Shown: piece by piece, positions 40,004 to 53,580 of the stretch
Numbering within the stretch: position 1 is the stretch's first letter
Layout: every line of letters starts with the position of its first letter
From: Octopus sinensis
Taxonomy: Eukaryota
Direction of reading: 5' to 3'
Length of the DNA stretch: 64,000 nt
Assembly: GCF_006345805.1 (NCBI RefSeq)
Contig: NW_021835954.1
Span: 1 to 64,000, forward strand
Notes under the pieces: generated by a model
The model's database searches: none
The model's input: the letters and a program-made list of their open reading frames with translations, nothing else
What the model was told of the DNA's origin: nothing
Made by a program: the position numbers and the translations under genes

Positions 40004-42717
40004 TCTATATATATAAAACTGTAGTTGTGTGAGTGTCTGTCCCCTTCGATTTAGATTCCTAACTACTCCCACATTTTGCGGTGCAGTTTAACCAAATTCG
40101 GGTATCTTATAGTCGTAATTCATATCGAGCCCTTCTGGCTATTAGCGCGCGTCTACGATGAGTCTACGATTTTAAAAATAATTTAACATCATTTTTTATT
40201 CCATTTTAATGCATAATTTTTCGTGTGTCGATGGTGGCGGAGTTGGCGTCCATGGTCACAGCTGCACCTGTTTGCTTCTCCCCCTTCTTCCCTCCCTCGT
40301 GAAGCTGTGGGGAAGGGAGTGTAAGGAAATCAACGTCGTAATGCGTTGTCAAGGAGACCAGCGTTCTTTTAGAACAACGACTTCATGGCTTGAAGTCGCC
40401 AAAACAGAAATCGCTAAAAAAGCTGAAACAGATCCACAAAAACGGCAAAAACCGCCACACAGGGCAGGTTTCCTCTGCAAACAATTTGCACAACGAATGT
40501 TTTAGTTGTTGCACAAATCTTTATATATAAAAGTGAAGTTGTGTGTCTGTCTCCTACGATTTAGATTCCTAACTACTCCCACATTTTGCGGTGCAGTTTA
40601 ACCAAAACCGGGTATCTTATAGTCGTGATTCTTATCGAGCCCTTCTGGGTATTAGCGCGCGTCTACGATGAGTCTACGATTTTAAAAATAATTTAACATC
40701 ATTTTTTTCCATTTCTTCCAACTTTTTCGTGTGTCGATGGCGGCGGAGTTGGCGTCCATGCTCACACCTGCACCTGTGTTGCTTCTCCCCCTTCTTCCCT
40801 CCCTCGTAAAGTGTGACTGCGCATGCGCAGTCACACGTTCGCGCATGCAGTCACACTGTCGCGCATGCGCAGTCACTTTCGCGCATGCGCAGTTTTACGT
40901 TCGCGCATGCGCAGTCACACATTCGCGCATGCGCAGCCACACTTTCGCGCATGCGCAGTCACACGTTCGCGCATGCGCAGCCACACGTTCTCGCATGCGC
41001 AGTCACACATTCGCGCATGCGCACTCACACTTTCGCGCATGCGCAGTCACACTTTCGCGCATGCGCAGTCACACAACCATGATTGTCACACGCTGATGAA
41101 AGGTAAACACCTTGAAACTCGGGTACGTGTGTATCATGTGTTGAAGACGGGGAGGATGACTCCCCTTCACAAATACTGAGAAGACACAGATAGTGTGTCT
41201 ATAGCCAGCTGGAGGAGATATCTTCCTGGGGCTACAAACTACAGTAGCATCCACTTTTATGGGTTAGCCATATTCAAATGGCAAATATGCATCACCATAT
41301 ATCTATATATATAAAACTCTAGTTGTGTGAGTGTCTGTCCCCTTCGATTTAGATTCCTAACTCCTCCCACATTTTGCGGTGCAGTTTAACCAAATTCGGG
41401 TATCTTATAGTCGTGATTAATATCGAGTCCGTCTGGCTATTAGCGCGCGTCTACGATTTTAAAAATAATTTAACATCATTTTTTATTCCATTTTACTGCA
41501 TAATTTTTCGTGTGTCGATGGCGGCGGAGTTGGCGTCCATGGTCACACCTGCACCTGTTTGCTTTTCCCCCTTCTTCCCTCCCTCGTGAAGCTGTGGGGA
41601 AGGGAGTGTAAGGAAATCAACGTCGTAATGCGTTGTCAATGAGACCAGCGTTCTTTTAGAACAACGACTTCATGGCTTGAAGACACCAAAACAGAAATGG
41701 TTAAGAAAGCCCGAATTGGCATCTATAAGGGAAGTAACTCTCTAAAAATGCTTATATAGTTATTTCCCTTACAAACCCGAGCAACGCCGGGCGATACTGC
41801 TAGTCTATATATATAAAAGTGAAGTTGTGTGAGTGTCTGTCTCCTACGATTTAGATTCCTAACTCCTCCCACATTTTGCGGTGCAGTTTAACCAAATTCG
41901 GGTATCTTATAGTCGTGATTCTTATCGAGCCCTTCTGGGTATTAGCGCGCGTCTACGATGAGTCTACGATTTTAAAAATAATTTAAAATCATTTTTTATT
42001 CCATTTTAATGCATAATTTTTCGTGTGTCGATGGCGGCGGAGTTGGCGTCCACGCTCAAACACCTGCACCTGTGTTTGCTTCTCCCCCTTCTTCCCTCCC
42101 TCGTGAAGCTGTGGGGAAGGGAGTGTAAGGAAATCAACGTCGTAATGCGTTGTCAAGGAGACCAGCGTTCTTTTAGAACAACGACTTCATGGCTTGAAGT
42201 CGCCAAAACAGAAATCGCTAAAAAAGCTGAAACAGATCCACAAAAACGGCAAAAACCGCCACACAGGGCAGGTTTCCTCTGCAAACAATTTGCACAACCG
42301 AATGTTTTAGTTGTTGCACAAATCTTTATATATAAAAGTGAAGTTGTGTGTCTGTCTCCTACGATTTAGATTCCTAACTACTCCCACATTTTGCGGTGCA
42401 GTTTAACCAAAACCGGGTATCTTATAGTCGTGATTCTTATCGAGCCCTTCTGGGTATTAGCGCGCGTCTACGATGAGTCTACGATTTTAAAAATAATTTA
42501 ACATCATTTTTTTCCATTTTAATGCATTTTTTTTGCTTTTATGTAAGGGAAGTAATTCTCTAAAAATGTCTACGATGAGTCAACGATTTGAAAAAATTTA
42601 CTATAATTTTTTTCCATTTTTAATGCTATTTTTTGCTATTTTTTGGCTATAACTCTCTAAAAATGCTTTATAGTTATTTCCCTTACAAACCCGAGCAACG
42701 CCGGTCGATACTGCTAG
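40004..42717 (+). mobile_element. Tandem array of five non-autonomous Helitron units
   Basis: 5' TC(T)ATATATAAAA starts at 40004, 40518, 41302, 41804, 42323. 3' hairpin CCCGAGCAACGCCGG plus CTAG ends at 41803 and 42717. Exact CTAG|TC head-to-tail junction at 41803/41804. Confidence 0.85.
40811..41074. repeat. Minisatellite of 12 units (~22 bp), each built on the GCGCATGCGCA palindrome
   Basis: Ten intact GCGCATGCGC cores; exact 22-bp spacing from 40903 to 41057. Confidence 0.95.
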
Positions 42718-43162
42718 TAAAATATAAAGAAGAAAAACGTTTAGAATTATGAGCAAGTCACAATTATAACTAAGAGGGTTTAAAGAATACCTTACATGCT
42801 AAAAATAGCAGTCAAAACCGCTATAAAGCCATTATATCACTCATATTATTTCTCCTCAAGATAAAAACTGTCTTCGGGCGACATGGCAAATAGAATCCAC
42901 AACTTGAAAATAACTGGTTAATTCCCCATTGCAATTTCGGCGTTAGGGACCACTTAAGGGACCCATTCGCTTCGTCAGGGGAAATATTCTTATAGACAGA
43001 AATCAAAACAAGGCTTTACCTTGGGGCTAGCATGGATCCCGACTGGCAATAGAAATGTTTTCACCTCTATCTACACAATCAAGTTTTGAATTCAAATGCC
43101 ATGTCCAGCGTTTATGTGAAAAGACAGGTAATTAATTAAGATGGTAAAGTCTTGTTTTGATT

Positions 43163-43238
<76 letters not shown>

Positions 43239-43240
43239 CT

Positions 43241-43294
<54 letters not shown>

Positions 43295-43692
43295 TACATA
43301 TACTCTTTACTCTTTTACTTGTTTCAGTCATTTGACTGTGGCCATGCTCGAGCAACGCCTTGAGTCGAGCAAATCGACCCCAGGGCTTATTCTTTGTAAG
43401 CCTAGTACTTATTCTATCGGTCTCTTTTTCCAAACCACTAAGTTATGGGACGTGAACAAACCAGCATCGGTTGTCAAGCGATGTTGGGGGGGGGGTACAA
43501 ACACAGACACACTAACATATACACACACATATATACATATACATATATGCGACGGGCTTCTTTCAGTTTCCGTCTACCAAATCCACTCACAAGGCATTGG
43601 TCTGCCCGATGCTATAGTAGGAAACACTTGCCCAAGGTGCCACGCAGTGGGACTGAACCCGGAACCATGTGGTTGGTGGACTCTTACACAGC

Positions 43693-43731
<39 letters not shown>

Positions 43732-43734
43732 AAG

Positions 43735-43814
<80 letters not shown>

Positions 43815-45207
43815 CGTCTGTATGTATATATGTATGCGGGTATGTAAATGTGTGTATGTTCTCTTGAGAACTCTAACACTATTACGTGTTATCTCACTGG
43901 TTTGCTAATTATCTCCCTTAGATGCGGCTACCAAAATTTATAAACGTTAACATTTTTTCCCCATATATTTATTTCTAAAATAACCCTTAAAGAGTTTTCA
44001 TTAAAATAAACTCCCACATGCATTGAGCATATATGCTTCCATTAGTGTATTCAATAAATTTATCAAACAAGCATTTTATTCCCATAAATAAGCGCACCAA
44101 AATTGTTCTTTAGTTAACAAGGAGTAAACGCCTTAAGATTCCATTCCGTCGAAGTTGTTTCAAATTTTGGCACAAGGCCAGCAATTTTAAGGAGAATGGT
44201 AAGTCGATTACAGCGAGTCCAGTGCTCAACTGGACATTATTTTGTCGACCCCGGAAGGATAAAAGGTAAGGTCGACCATGACGGAATTTGAACTCAAAGC
44301 ATGAAGAACCGGAAGAAATGCCGCTAAGCATTTTGTCCGGCGTGCAAACGATTCTACCAGCTCACTGCCGTAATGCTAATAATAACAATAGGTTCAAGTT
44401 TTGCCACAAGGCCAGCATTTTTAGGAGAGCTGGGATTAGTCGATTGCAACGACCCTAGTACTTAAGTGGTAATTTATTTTATCGTCCCCTTATGGATGAA
44501 AGATAAAGGTGTGCCCAGCAGGAATTGAACTCAGAATGCAAAGAGCCGGAACAAATACTGTTAGACATTCTTTCTGGCGCTCTAACGACTCTGCCAGTTC
44601 GCCGTCTGAAATATTGATAATTGCTTTAAACTTTGACCCAAAACCAACAATTTTAGTTGAAGTGGGCAGTCAGTTGCATCAACCCCGAGAAGGATGAAAG
44701 GCAAAGTCGACCTCGGCGGAATTTGAACTCAGAACGTAAAGACGGGCGAAATACCGCTAAGCATTTTCCCCGGAATGCTAACGATTCGGCCAGCTCGCCG
44801 CTTTAATAATAATCCTTTCTTATTATAGGCACAAGGCCTGAAATTTGGTGGGAGGGGACTAGTTGATAACATCGACCCCAGTGTTTCACTGGTACTTAAT
44901 TTATCGACCCTGAAAGGATGAAAGGTTAAGTCGGCGTCGGTGGAATTTGAACTCAGAACGTAGACACGGACGAAATGCCGTTAAGCATTTCGTCCGGCGT
45001 GCTAATGATTCGGCCAGTTCGCCGCTTTAATAATAATAATAATAATATTCCTTTCTACTATAGGTACAAGGCCTGAAATTTGGGGGAGGAGGCTAGTAGA
45101 TTATATTGAACCCAGTATTCAACTAGCACTTATTTTTATCGCCCCCGAAAGTATGAAAGGCTGAGTTGACCTCAGCGGAATTAGAGCGTAAAATCAATAT
45201 GCTAAAG

Positions 45208-45432
45208 GTTCCACGCATCTCGAGCAGGCTCAGCTGACGGCACTTCCGTGGCTGTAGAGTTCGTCTCGAACCGGTAGTACCACAACTTTCCAGTAGCACT
45301 GCTAGGCTAGGGATCTCTGGAAATTATCCGTGGACTCCGATCAGAAAGTCCTTCGGATCAGACTATCAAGTTGATAGTCTTGGTCGGCACCAGGTCTCCC
45401 GGAAATGTCGCTCTTTTCCGCCACTCTATAGA
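45208..45432 (-). mobile_element. Diverged internal fragment of a related Tx1 ORF2
   Basis: Minus strand reads DNFQRSLA*QCY...LPVRDELYSHG...ACSRC versus DNFQRSLAWQCYREALPVRDKLYRHG...TCPRC at ~26370-26485. Confidence 0.75.
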
Positions 45433-45522
45433 ATGCTAAAGTTGACTTTCTTCGACCGCAATGCCCAGCATGAATGGGCTGTGAGTGTTTGATGGCATTG
45501 CAGATGCCAAGCGCCCTGCTGC

Positions 45523-45554
<32 letters not shown>

Positions 45555-45576
45555 ATGATGATTGTGGTGGTGGTGG

Positions 45577-45613
<37 letters not shown>

Positions 45614-47369
45614 AATGAGGAGGAGGAGGAGAGGAGGAGGAGGAGGCGGAGGAGGAGGAGGATGATTGTTTGTTGCTTAGCCACAACACCAACAATTTGG
45701 ATTGGAGAGGATTAGTCGATAGTACAGATCCAAATACTTGATGAGTATGAATAAAAGATGAAGTTGACCCCGCGCGAATTGAACTCAGAATGTGAGGAAC
45801 GGGAAGAAATCAAACAATTCTGCCGATCCATAATTTCTTGCAATGGGCACAAAACCAGAAATTTTTTATGGAGAGAACTGTCGATTACATTGATCACGTA
45901 ATTTACCGACCTGGGTTGGTACCACATTTTATTGAAAAGATGGAAGGCAAAATCCATCTCAGCAAAACTCAGAACGCAAAAGGCCACGAGTAAAAACTGT
46001 TAAGCATTTTGCCTGATAATCTAACAATTCAGAAAAATACCTATTTCTTTATTACCCACAAGAGGACACAGAGAGGACAAGCAAGAACAGACAAACGGAT
46101 TAAGTCGATTATATCGACCCTAGTGCGTAACTGGTACTTAATTTATCGATCCTGAAAGGATGAAAGGCAAAGTCGACCTCGGCGGAATTTGAACTCAGAA
46201 CGTAGCGGCAGATGAAATACATATTTCTTTACTACCCACAAGGGGCTAAACACAGAGAGGACAAACAAGGACAGACAAAGGGATTAAGTCGATTACATCT
46301 ACCCCAGTGCGTAACTGGTACTTATTTAATCGACCCCGAAAGGATGAAAGGCAAAGTCAACCTTGGAGGAATTTGAACTCAGAACGTAGCCGCAGACGAA
46401 ATACCGCAAAGCATTTCGCCCGGCGTGCTAACAGTTCTGCCAGCTCGCCGCCTTACAATTCAGAAAACTACTGTATCGAAGAAAATTTCCACTGTGTGTA
46501 GCATATATAATAGGATATGCATCGGCAACTGAAATCTGAAATGAGAGTTTTGTCCCTTGAATCAGTCAACAACTGAGAACTTTACACATGAAAACTTAGA
46601 TTTCTATTTCTAATTCCTAATTATTTTCCATTTTCTATGCTGAAGCGAAACGATGTGATACTGGTAACATGGAATCGTGTATAACCTGTTACATAGTTGA
46701 GTCGTAGGTCCAATAACTATTTAGCAATAGCACAGGCACTCAGAAATTCCTGGTGGATGTCCTGTGTGTTGGAAGACCATTGTGATTGAGGCATTCCTCA
46801 GCTTTTATTGAAGCATGTATCTCGGGGACGATAACTATAATATAAAATCAGATAGGCAGGGATTAAAATCGGACATTCTGGGCATCCTTAGTTTGTACAT
46901 GAGACCATGATGTTCCCACATTCCTGGGCCTGCAACCCGTATCGGCAGTAGATATCTTGCGTCAGCTTGTCTCTGATCTATGTCAATAGGGTGGAGAGGA
47001 TTTATATGGTGTCGTGTAAGCCTTATTGGACTTAAAACTTTGAACAAGCTGACATTTTGTTGACATTTCACTGACATTGCTGACATCTTGCATAAGCACG
47101 GGTGGTTTAGCTTTAAACTTTAAACTTTTTAACTCTTAAACATTGTTTATTTGAAAATCCGATGCAATAGGAAGGCGGCGCTCATGCACACCTGAAGTGT
47201 TGGAAGTGCGTTATCAGCGTATGTAGGCGACCTACGTTAGATATAAATTCGTCTGTTTATCGTCCAACACAGAGAAGAGATTCAGTTGCTGCGTGAGTGT
47301 CTGAGCAACTCCCTTTTAGGAAGGTCGGGATGAGGGTATTATAGAAAAGGAGGACTAAAAATTTCCTAT

Positions 47370-50160
47370 CTTTTCCTATCCATTTTGGCGCGACAGACAG
47401 ATGTCCACTTTGCGCTCGCAAAAACAAAGAAAATATTTGCAAAATGTGCGTTTAATATGAATATCTCATGCTGGAATTTGCGTGCTCTGATAGATAACAT
47501 GAGTGACTGTAGGCCTGATAACAGGAGTGACTGTACTGCACTTCTTGCTCTAGAACTAAATCGGTATAACATAGATATAGCTGCTCTTTCACAAACTCGT
47601 TTGGAAGGTAATTGTCAGCTTGGGGAGGTCGGACGTGGTTACACCTTTTTTCTAGAAGACATCGAAGGAAGAGCGCAGAGAGGCTGGAGTTGATACTGCA
47701 GTTCGATCTGGAATCCTCAAAAGAGAAGTTTCCTATCCCTATAAATGATCGTTTGATGATTCTGCGTCGGCATTTAAGAGTTGAGTGATTTGCTGCTCTG
47801 ATATTCTCCTGTTCTATTCAAGCTTGGTGAAGATAAATCTACTTTCCATGCCCAGCTGAGAGTTGCACTCGGGAAAATCCCCAAACCAGACAAATTCATT
47901 CTGCTGGGGGATTTCAATACCAGGGTTGGAAGGGATTGGCAAACATGGAACTCTATAGGGCGTTTCGATTTAGGAAAGATGAATAGTTTCGATTTAGAAA
48001 GATTTAGGTAAGGTGAAAAACGATTTAGGGAAGATGAATAGTCCCATGCTCCTAGAGTTGTGTGATAAATATGGCCTTTATAGTGCAAGCGCCCACTTTA
48101 TGCGCAAAAGTGATCACACAATTTGGATTTACCCGAGGTCTAAGGCTTGGCACTTGCTTGATTATGTTATCATTGACAAGGGCGATGTCTATAATATATA
48201 TAATGTCAAATCGCTTCGTGGATCGAAGTATTGCATGGACCAGTGCTTCGTGCGAGCAAAGGTTCGGATGGTAATTAGAGTGAAAGAGAGAAGAGGCCCA
48301 GCTGGGATTCCTCGACTCCTGAATGTCCTTAAGATACATGATCCTACAGTGAAGAAAGAGCTTTGGAAACGTTTATCTTGCATCGAAGTTGATACGACTC
48401 GGGAGTAGCTTCAACACCAAGTTTTTCAATGCGTTGCTGAAAGACTGAAATATTCTACAGCCAGTCATAGGGATTGGTTTTACAAAAATGGTGCTGAGGT
48501 ACAGAAACTTCAGTCTGCAAAGCGCAATGCCCATTTTTTAATGGAAGACAAGGTTTGCAATATCGGAAGAATATCGTCTTCTTCCATCATCTTTTTGTTC
48601 TTCGTGTAGTTCAGGCTTCCGACAGGCGAAAAGAGAAGACTTCAAGTACAAATGCAATTTGCAACTGATTTATTTACAGGTTTCACAGGATAGGTGAAGT
48701 GTGCTGCTCTCAGCAACCATCTTTGGCTGTGTGCATTGTGTAGTAGCTCCGTTAGTGCGGGCGCATTGCCTCTGGAGATACAACCTATAGACAGGTCCAG
48801 CCAGTGGTGGTGTTCAGCCAGCGCTGCTGAAAGGTGGCGCCAAAAAGAGAGAGGTCTAAATCGGGTTTTCCTTTTATATAGTTTTCCATCGCGTGCCTTG
48901 TTGTGATCTCCCACATGGCAAATGGATGCAGGTGAGGTCTCGCTCCAGTCTCGGAAATGGCAATGGCTACCGCGAGATCTCATCTAATATGGCGCTGACT
49001 GCTTGTGCCGCTACAACCACAGTATATTACTGCACATGGGGGCTGTCAGTAGTTTGTAAGAATCTAGCACTACATCATTACAAGGATTCAAAATCCCTCC
49101 TGCTGCGATCTCTCAAGAAGATGCAGAGCAGCTGGTAGGAAGGTCTTGCACGTGATATTCAAGCTGCCAATGAGCAAATGATTGTAATAAGCTCTACCAT
49201 CTTATTAAGTAAGTTTATGGGCCTAAGAGTTTTGATTTGGTTCCTTTGTTTTCCAAGGAGGGTTCTACTCTGCTTACTAAATCAACAGAAATCACAGGTC
49301 GCTGGATTGAATATTTTTCGGAACTTCTAGACCGCGAGTCAGTTGTAGATGATGTAGTAATTGACGCAATTAAAAAAAAAGCCGTCATAAACTCTTTGTA
49401 CTTTGTATCCTCAATGGACGTGGTAATGATGCTAATAAGTAAGATAAGTAGGTTGAATCTAGGTAAAGCACCTGACAAGGACAGAATTTACGCTAATGTT
49501 TTGTGCTTTGGCAGTTGCAGAATCGCACAAAATGTTCATGACCATATTAATGTAGTCTAGTGGGATGGCGCTGTTCCCAAGGACTTCTCTATAAAGGAAA
49601 GGGAATCAGAATAAAGTGTAGCAGTTATAGAGGTATTACTCTACTGTCAGCTACTGGCAAGGTTCCGGCAAGTATTCTTATCCACCCGAATAAACACCTT
49701 GTAAATGATGTCCGACCCGAATCTCAATGTGGCTTCCTTTATGGGAGAGGAACAATGATTATGATTTTCACAGCAAGACAGATGCAGGGGAAGTGCTGTG
49801 AGTAGAATATGGATTTTGTTCTGATTTTCATTGATATAACCAAAACCTTTAATACGGTGAATACTCAGCAAACTTGATTGTCTAGATTATTTTGTATCAA
49901 TAATTAAATCATTTCACAATGGGCCGATGCTGGTGGTGAAAGGGCAGGACCCTTTCCTGTAGAGAATGGTGTCAAGCAAGGGGATATACTTATCCCAACT
50001 CTTTTTTCTTGTGTTTTGCTATTACTCCTACTCATGCTTTTACTATTGATTACTCTTCTGAGTTCTATGTTCTGGCATCAATTTGCTGCCAATCCGATCT
50101 GCTGCAATTCATCAAGCAGTCAACATAACAAAGACTCGATTCTTCCAAGACAAAGTCTCG
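47370..50160 (+). mobile_element. Degraded RTE (BovB-like) LINE, interrupted by an LTR-like insert
   Basis: SCWNLRAL...ELNRYNIDIAALSQTRL..GYTFF, LLGDFN, LLDYVI, VYGP, YRGITLLS, PESQCGF, GVKQG. Confidence 0.85.
48596..49082 (-). mobile_element. Solo-LTR-like segment
   Basis: Minus strand begins TGTAATG and ends GAAGAACA; TATA (CTATATAAAAGG) precedes AATAAA. No TSD found. Confidence 0.55.
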
Positions 50161-50214
50161 GATCATTTAACCCTGATCATTCAGGGTTAAAGGTCAGTTA
50201 GATTTGACGCATAA

Positions 50215-50884
50215 TCTATATATATAAAACTGTAGTTGCGTGAGTGTCTGTCCCCTTCGATTTAGATTCCTAACTACTCCCACATTTTGCGGTGCAGTTT
50301 AGCCAAATTCGGGTATCTTATAGTCGTGATTCATATCGAGCCCGTCTGAGTATTAGCGCGCGTCTACGATGAGTCTACGATTTTAAAAATAATTTAACAT
50401 CATTTTTTATTCCATTTTAATGCATAATTTTTCGTGTGTCGATGGCGGCGGAGTTGGCGTCCACGGTCACACCTGCACCTGTTTGCTTCTCCCACTTCTT
50501 CCCTCCCTCGTGAAGCTGTGGGGAAGGGAGTGTAAGGAAATCAACGTCGTAAAGCGTTGTCAAGGAGACCAGCGTTCTTTTAGAACAACGACTTCATGGC
50601 TTGAGACACCAAAACAGAAATGGCTAAGAAAGCGTCTACGATGAGTCTACGATTTAAAAAAAAAATTACCATCATTTTTTCTATTTTAATGCATTTTTTC
50701 GCTATTATATAAGGGAAGTAACTCTCTAAAAATGTTTACGATGAGTCAACGATTTAAAAAAAAAATTACCATCATTTTTTATTCCATTTTTAATGCATTT
50801 TTTTGCTATTTTTTATAACTCTCTAAAAATGTTTATATAGTTATTTCCCTTACAAACCCGAGCAACGCCGGGCGATACTGCTAG
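50215..50884 (+). mobile_element. Complete non-autonomous Helitron monomer (same family as the array)
   Basis: A|TC start, hairpin CCCG-AGCAACGC-CGGG at 50857-50872, CTAG|T end, no TSD. Confidence 0.88.
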
Positions 50885-53349
50885 TTTAAAATAAAATTGC
50901 ATCATCATCATCATCATCATCATCGTTTAACGTCCACTTTCCATGCTAGCATGGGTTAGACGATTTGACTGAGGTCTGGCGAACCAGACTCCAATCTGAT
51001 CTGGCAGAGTTTCTACAGCTTGATGCCCTTCCTAACGCCAACCACTCCGAGAGTGTAGTGGGTGCTTTTATGTGCTACCAGTACGAGGGCCAGTTTGGTG
51101 GTACTGGCAACGGCCACTTCTTAAACCAAACCTTATCACCAGAAGGCAGAAAAGACATTGATTAATGAACTCCAACGTATCAATATCAGAAAATACAGGC
51201 TGTGGCAAGATAAGCTCCCCTCTTTTACACAGTTGTTAGTATGACTCTCTTGATGTGAAGCAGTTGGTAAGGAAGTCTTCATGTAGTTAATATTTTATCA
51301 TTTTTTTGTTTTTATTTTATGGTTTAGGCTGGCGCAAATTGCACATTTATTGCCAAAAATTTTGTCAAAAATGGTGAATTTTTTGCTGCATCCTGTAAGA
51401 CGGTGTGGTTGAAGGGACCGTTCTTGATTAATGATTTGCTAGATCAGCGTTTATCTGAGGCTAAACAACAACATAACAATTATTTGATGAAATGATTTAC
51501 TTCACAGTTAATCCATTTGTAGTCTGTAGCTGAGACAGTGTGTGGAGGTGCGTGTCTTAGTGGCTAGGGCGTTGGACTCCTGGTTGTAAGATTGGTTTCA
51601 ATTCCAGGACTGAGCGATGCTTTGTGTTCTTGAGCAAAACGCTTCTTTTCCCGTTGCTCCAGTCCACTCAACTGGCAAAAATGAGTAATTCTACAACGGA
51701 CCGGCATCCCATCCAGGTGGGGAATTTATACGCTATGAAACTGGGAAACTGACCCTTGTGATTAGGTATGACTTGAAAATGTACCTTTACCTTGCCTTGG
51801 TTGAGACTGAGTTTTGTGTGCATCAGTAGTTAGCCACCAGAGAAAAGGTGTTGTTGATTCCTAGGTTGGCCCCTAACAAGAAAACCTATCATTGAAAGCA
51901 TTTCAGCCCCGACTATCCTGTCCCTGGTTTACAGACATAACCTTCTTTCTAGGACAGCATTCAATTTTAATAAACATGTAACTAATGAATTGATGGAAGT
52001 GCTAAATATATTTCAGAATGTGAGTGTCGTCTTGTCTAACCATAATTGTTGAGACACAGAAGTCATCGGCAGACACTGTTTTTCCCTCACATCTTAATTG
52101 TTCGCAGTGATACTCATCATCACTTTTTCAGAATATGAGAATATATTTCAATGTCATATCACAGGTGTAGTGGATCTTGCAAGCATGAAGTGGATTCGAT
52201 CCACCATAACCAATTTTAAATTAACACTTCAACAGAACTTTTCCCAGTGGAACAATGGTTTTTCTCTGACAGCAGTTTTACATTTGCCAGATTGCCTTTA
52301 GCTAGGCCGAAATAATGTCTTCACCACTTGACCCTTTCTAACCTCTTCTACTTCACCAAAAGCTAGAATAGAGATAACAAGACCACCAACTAAATCTATT
52401 GTTCTCAATGATATATCTATCCTGGATAGTTATAAAGGCAAGGACACCCCCAATCAAAAGTCAGTCGGTGATGATTCAATGAGTCCAGTCACATGGTAAC
52501 GACTCAACCAGTTAGTCACTCGGTGACAACGAAGTCTGCCTGACCAACTAGAACCTTGGTCACAGGGAGAAATGAAGTTTACTGTCAGCAACTGTGAGAC
52601 AACGCCCCACACCCTACAACTTTTCACTAGCTCTAATTCTGTTCTTACAACATCATTCTGTCTCTCTCAGTAATTACTACTAAACAATGAAGAGGACACA
52701 AAAAAAAAACTTTACTTCGCATGCTTTTGGATTTATCAAAACCTGCTCGTCGAGGCAAGGTGTTGTAACGTAATGGTAAATAAATATTTCCATAAAACTT
52801 CATGCATTGTCCATCTTTCACATCTTACAACTTACCATCATAACAACAAAATTTTATCGTTACAACTGCTGGCTCCGACATTTCATATTATTGTGTACCT
52901 AATCAATCTTAGCAGTTACAGTTGGTGACCCTCGACTTCAACTAAAGAGTTTATCGTTACAACTGCTGACTCTGACATTTCATAATATTGTTTACTAATC
53001 AATTTCTCCCGCTTATCGTTACAACTGGTGACCCCGCTACATAGGTTATATTAATCTCGGATATGCAAATAAATTTGTCATTTTGCTTTTCAAGGATGAT
53101 ATCTCGTTAATAGAATCATTACCCAGAAATAAGAACAGTCATTGCCAAAACAGTTTGAGCATTAAAGTGCTGTTCAAGCTGCCCTGTCCGTTTTTTAGTT
53201 CTGTCAACATGAATGATTGCTTTCCAATATGGCTGTGTTAGTTTATTCAAAGCAGTACAAAAACCATTCACTTTATTATGAGCCTTGAACATCTCTTGAA
53301 AGATCCTGGGACATTTCTTTCTCTGACGGAATATTTCAACCACAAACAC

Positions 53350-53580
53350 GGCGAGCTGGCAGAAACGTTAGCACGCCCGCCGAAATGTTTAGCAGTATTT
53401 CGTCTGCCGCTACGTTCTGAGTTCAAATTCCGCTGAGGTCCACTTTGCCTTTCATCCTTTCGGAGTCGATAAATTAAGTACCAGTTATGCACTGTGGTCG
53501 ATGCAATTGACTTAATCTGTTTGTCTGTCCTTGTTTGTCCCCTCTATGTTTAGCCCCTTGTGGGCAATAAAGAAATAAGA
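53350..53580 (+). mobile_element. tRNA-derived SINE family A, representative full copy (about 24 copies or fragments in the window)
   Basis: A-box TGGCAGAAACGTTAG, B-box GAGTTCAAATTCC, central GCCTTTCATCCTTTCGG.GTCGATAAA..AGTACCAG (Meta-domain-like, by inference). Other copies near 290-660, 7187-7350, 15030-15290, 15826-16055, 29575-29750, 31986-32710, 35385-35530, 44165-45190, 45700-46450, 53700-53920, 57800-58020. Confidence 0.9.

Noticed and set aside
40811-41074. CRISPR-like regular repeat array
   Set aside because: Eukaryotic context, no unique spacers and no cas genes; it is a minisatellite.
41235-41270. Minus-strand ATAAAAGTGGA resembling part of a twister ribozyme
   Set aside because: The other twister elements are missing or out of order, and the motif is not conserved in the sister repeat copies.
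45199-45441. 9-bp direct repeat ATGCTAAAG flanking a GC-rich insert with hairpins, suggesting a novel element
   Set aside because: The insert is an internal Tx1 ORF2 fragment without a 3' end or TIRs, so the repeat is not reliable as a TSD.
52853-53040. Short local duplication containing three TTATCGTTACAACTG motifs
   Set aside because: An ordinary degenerate tandem duplication with no further structure.
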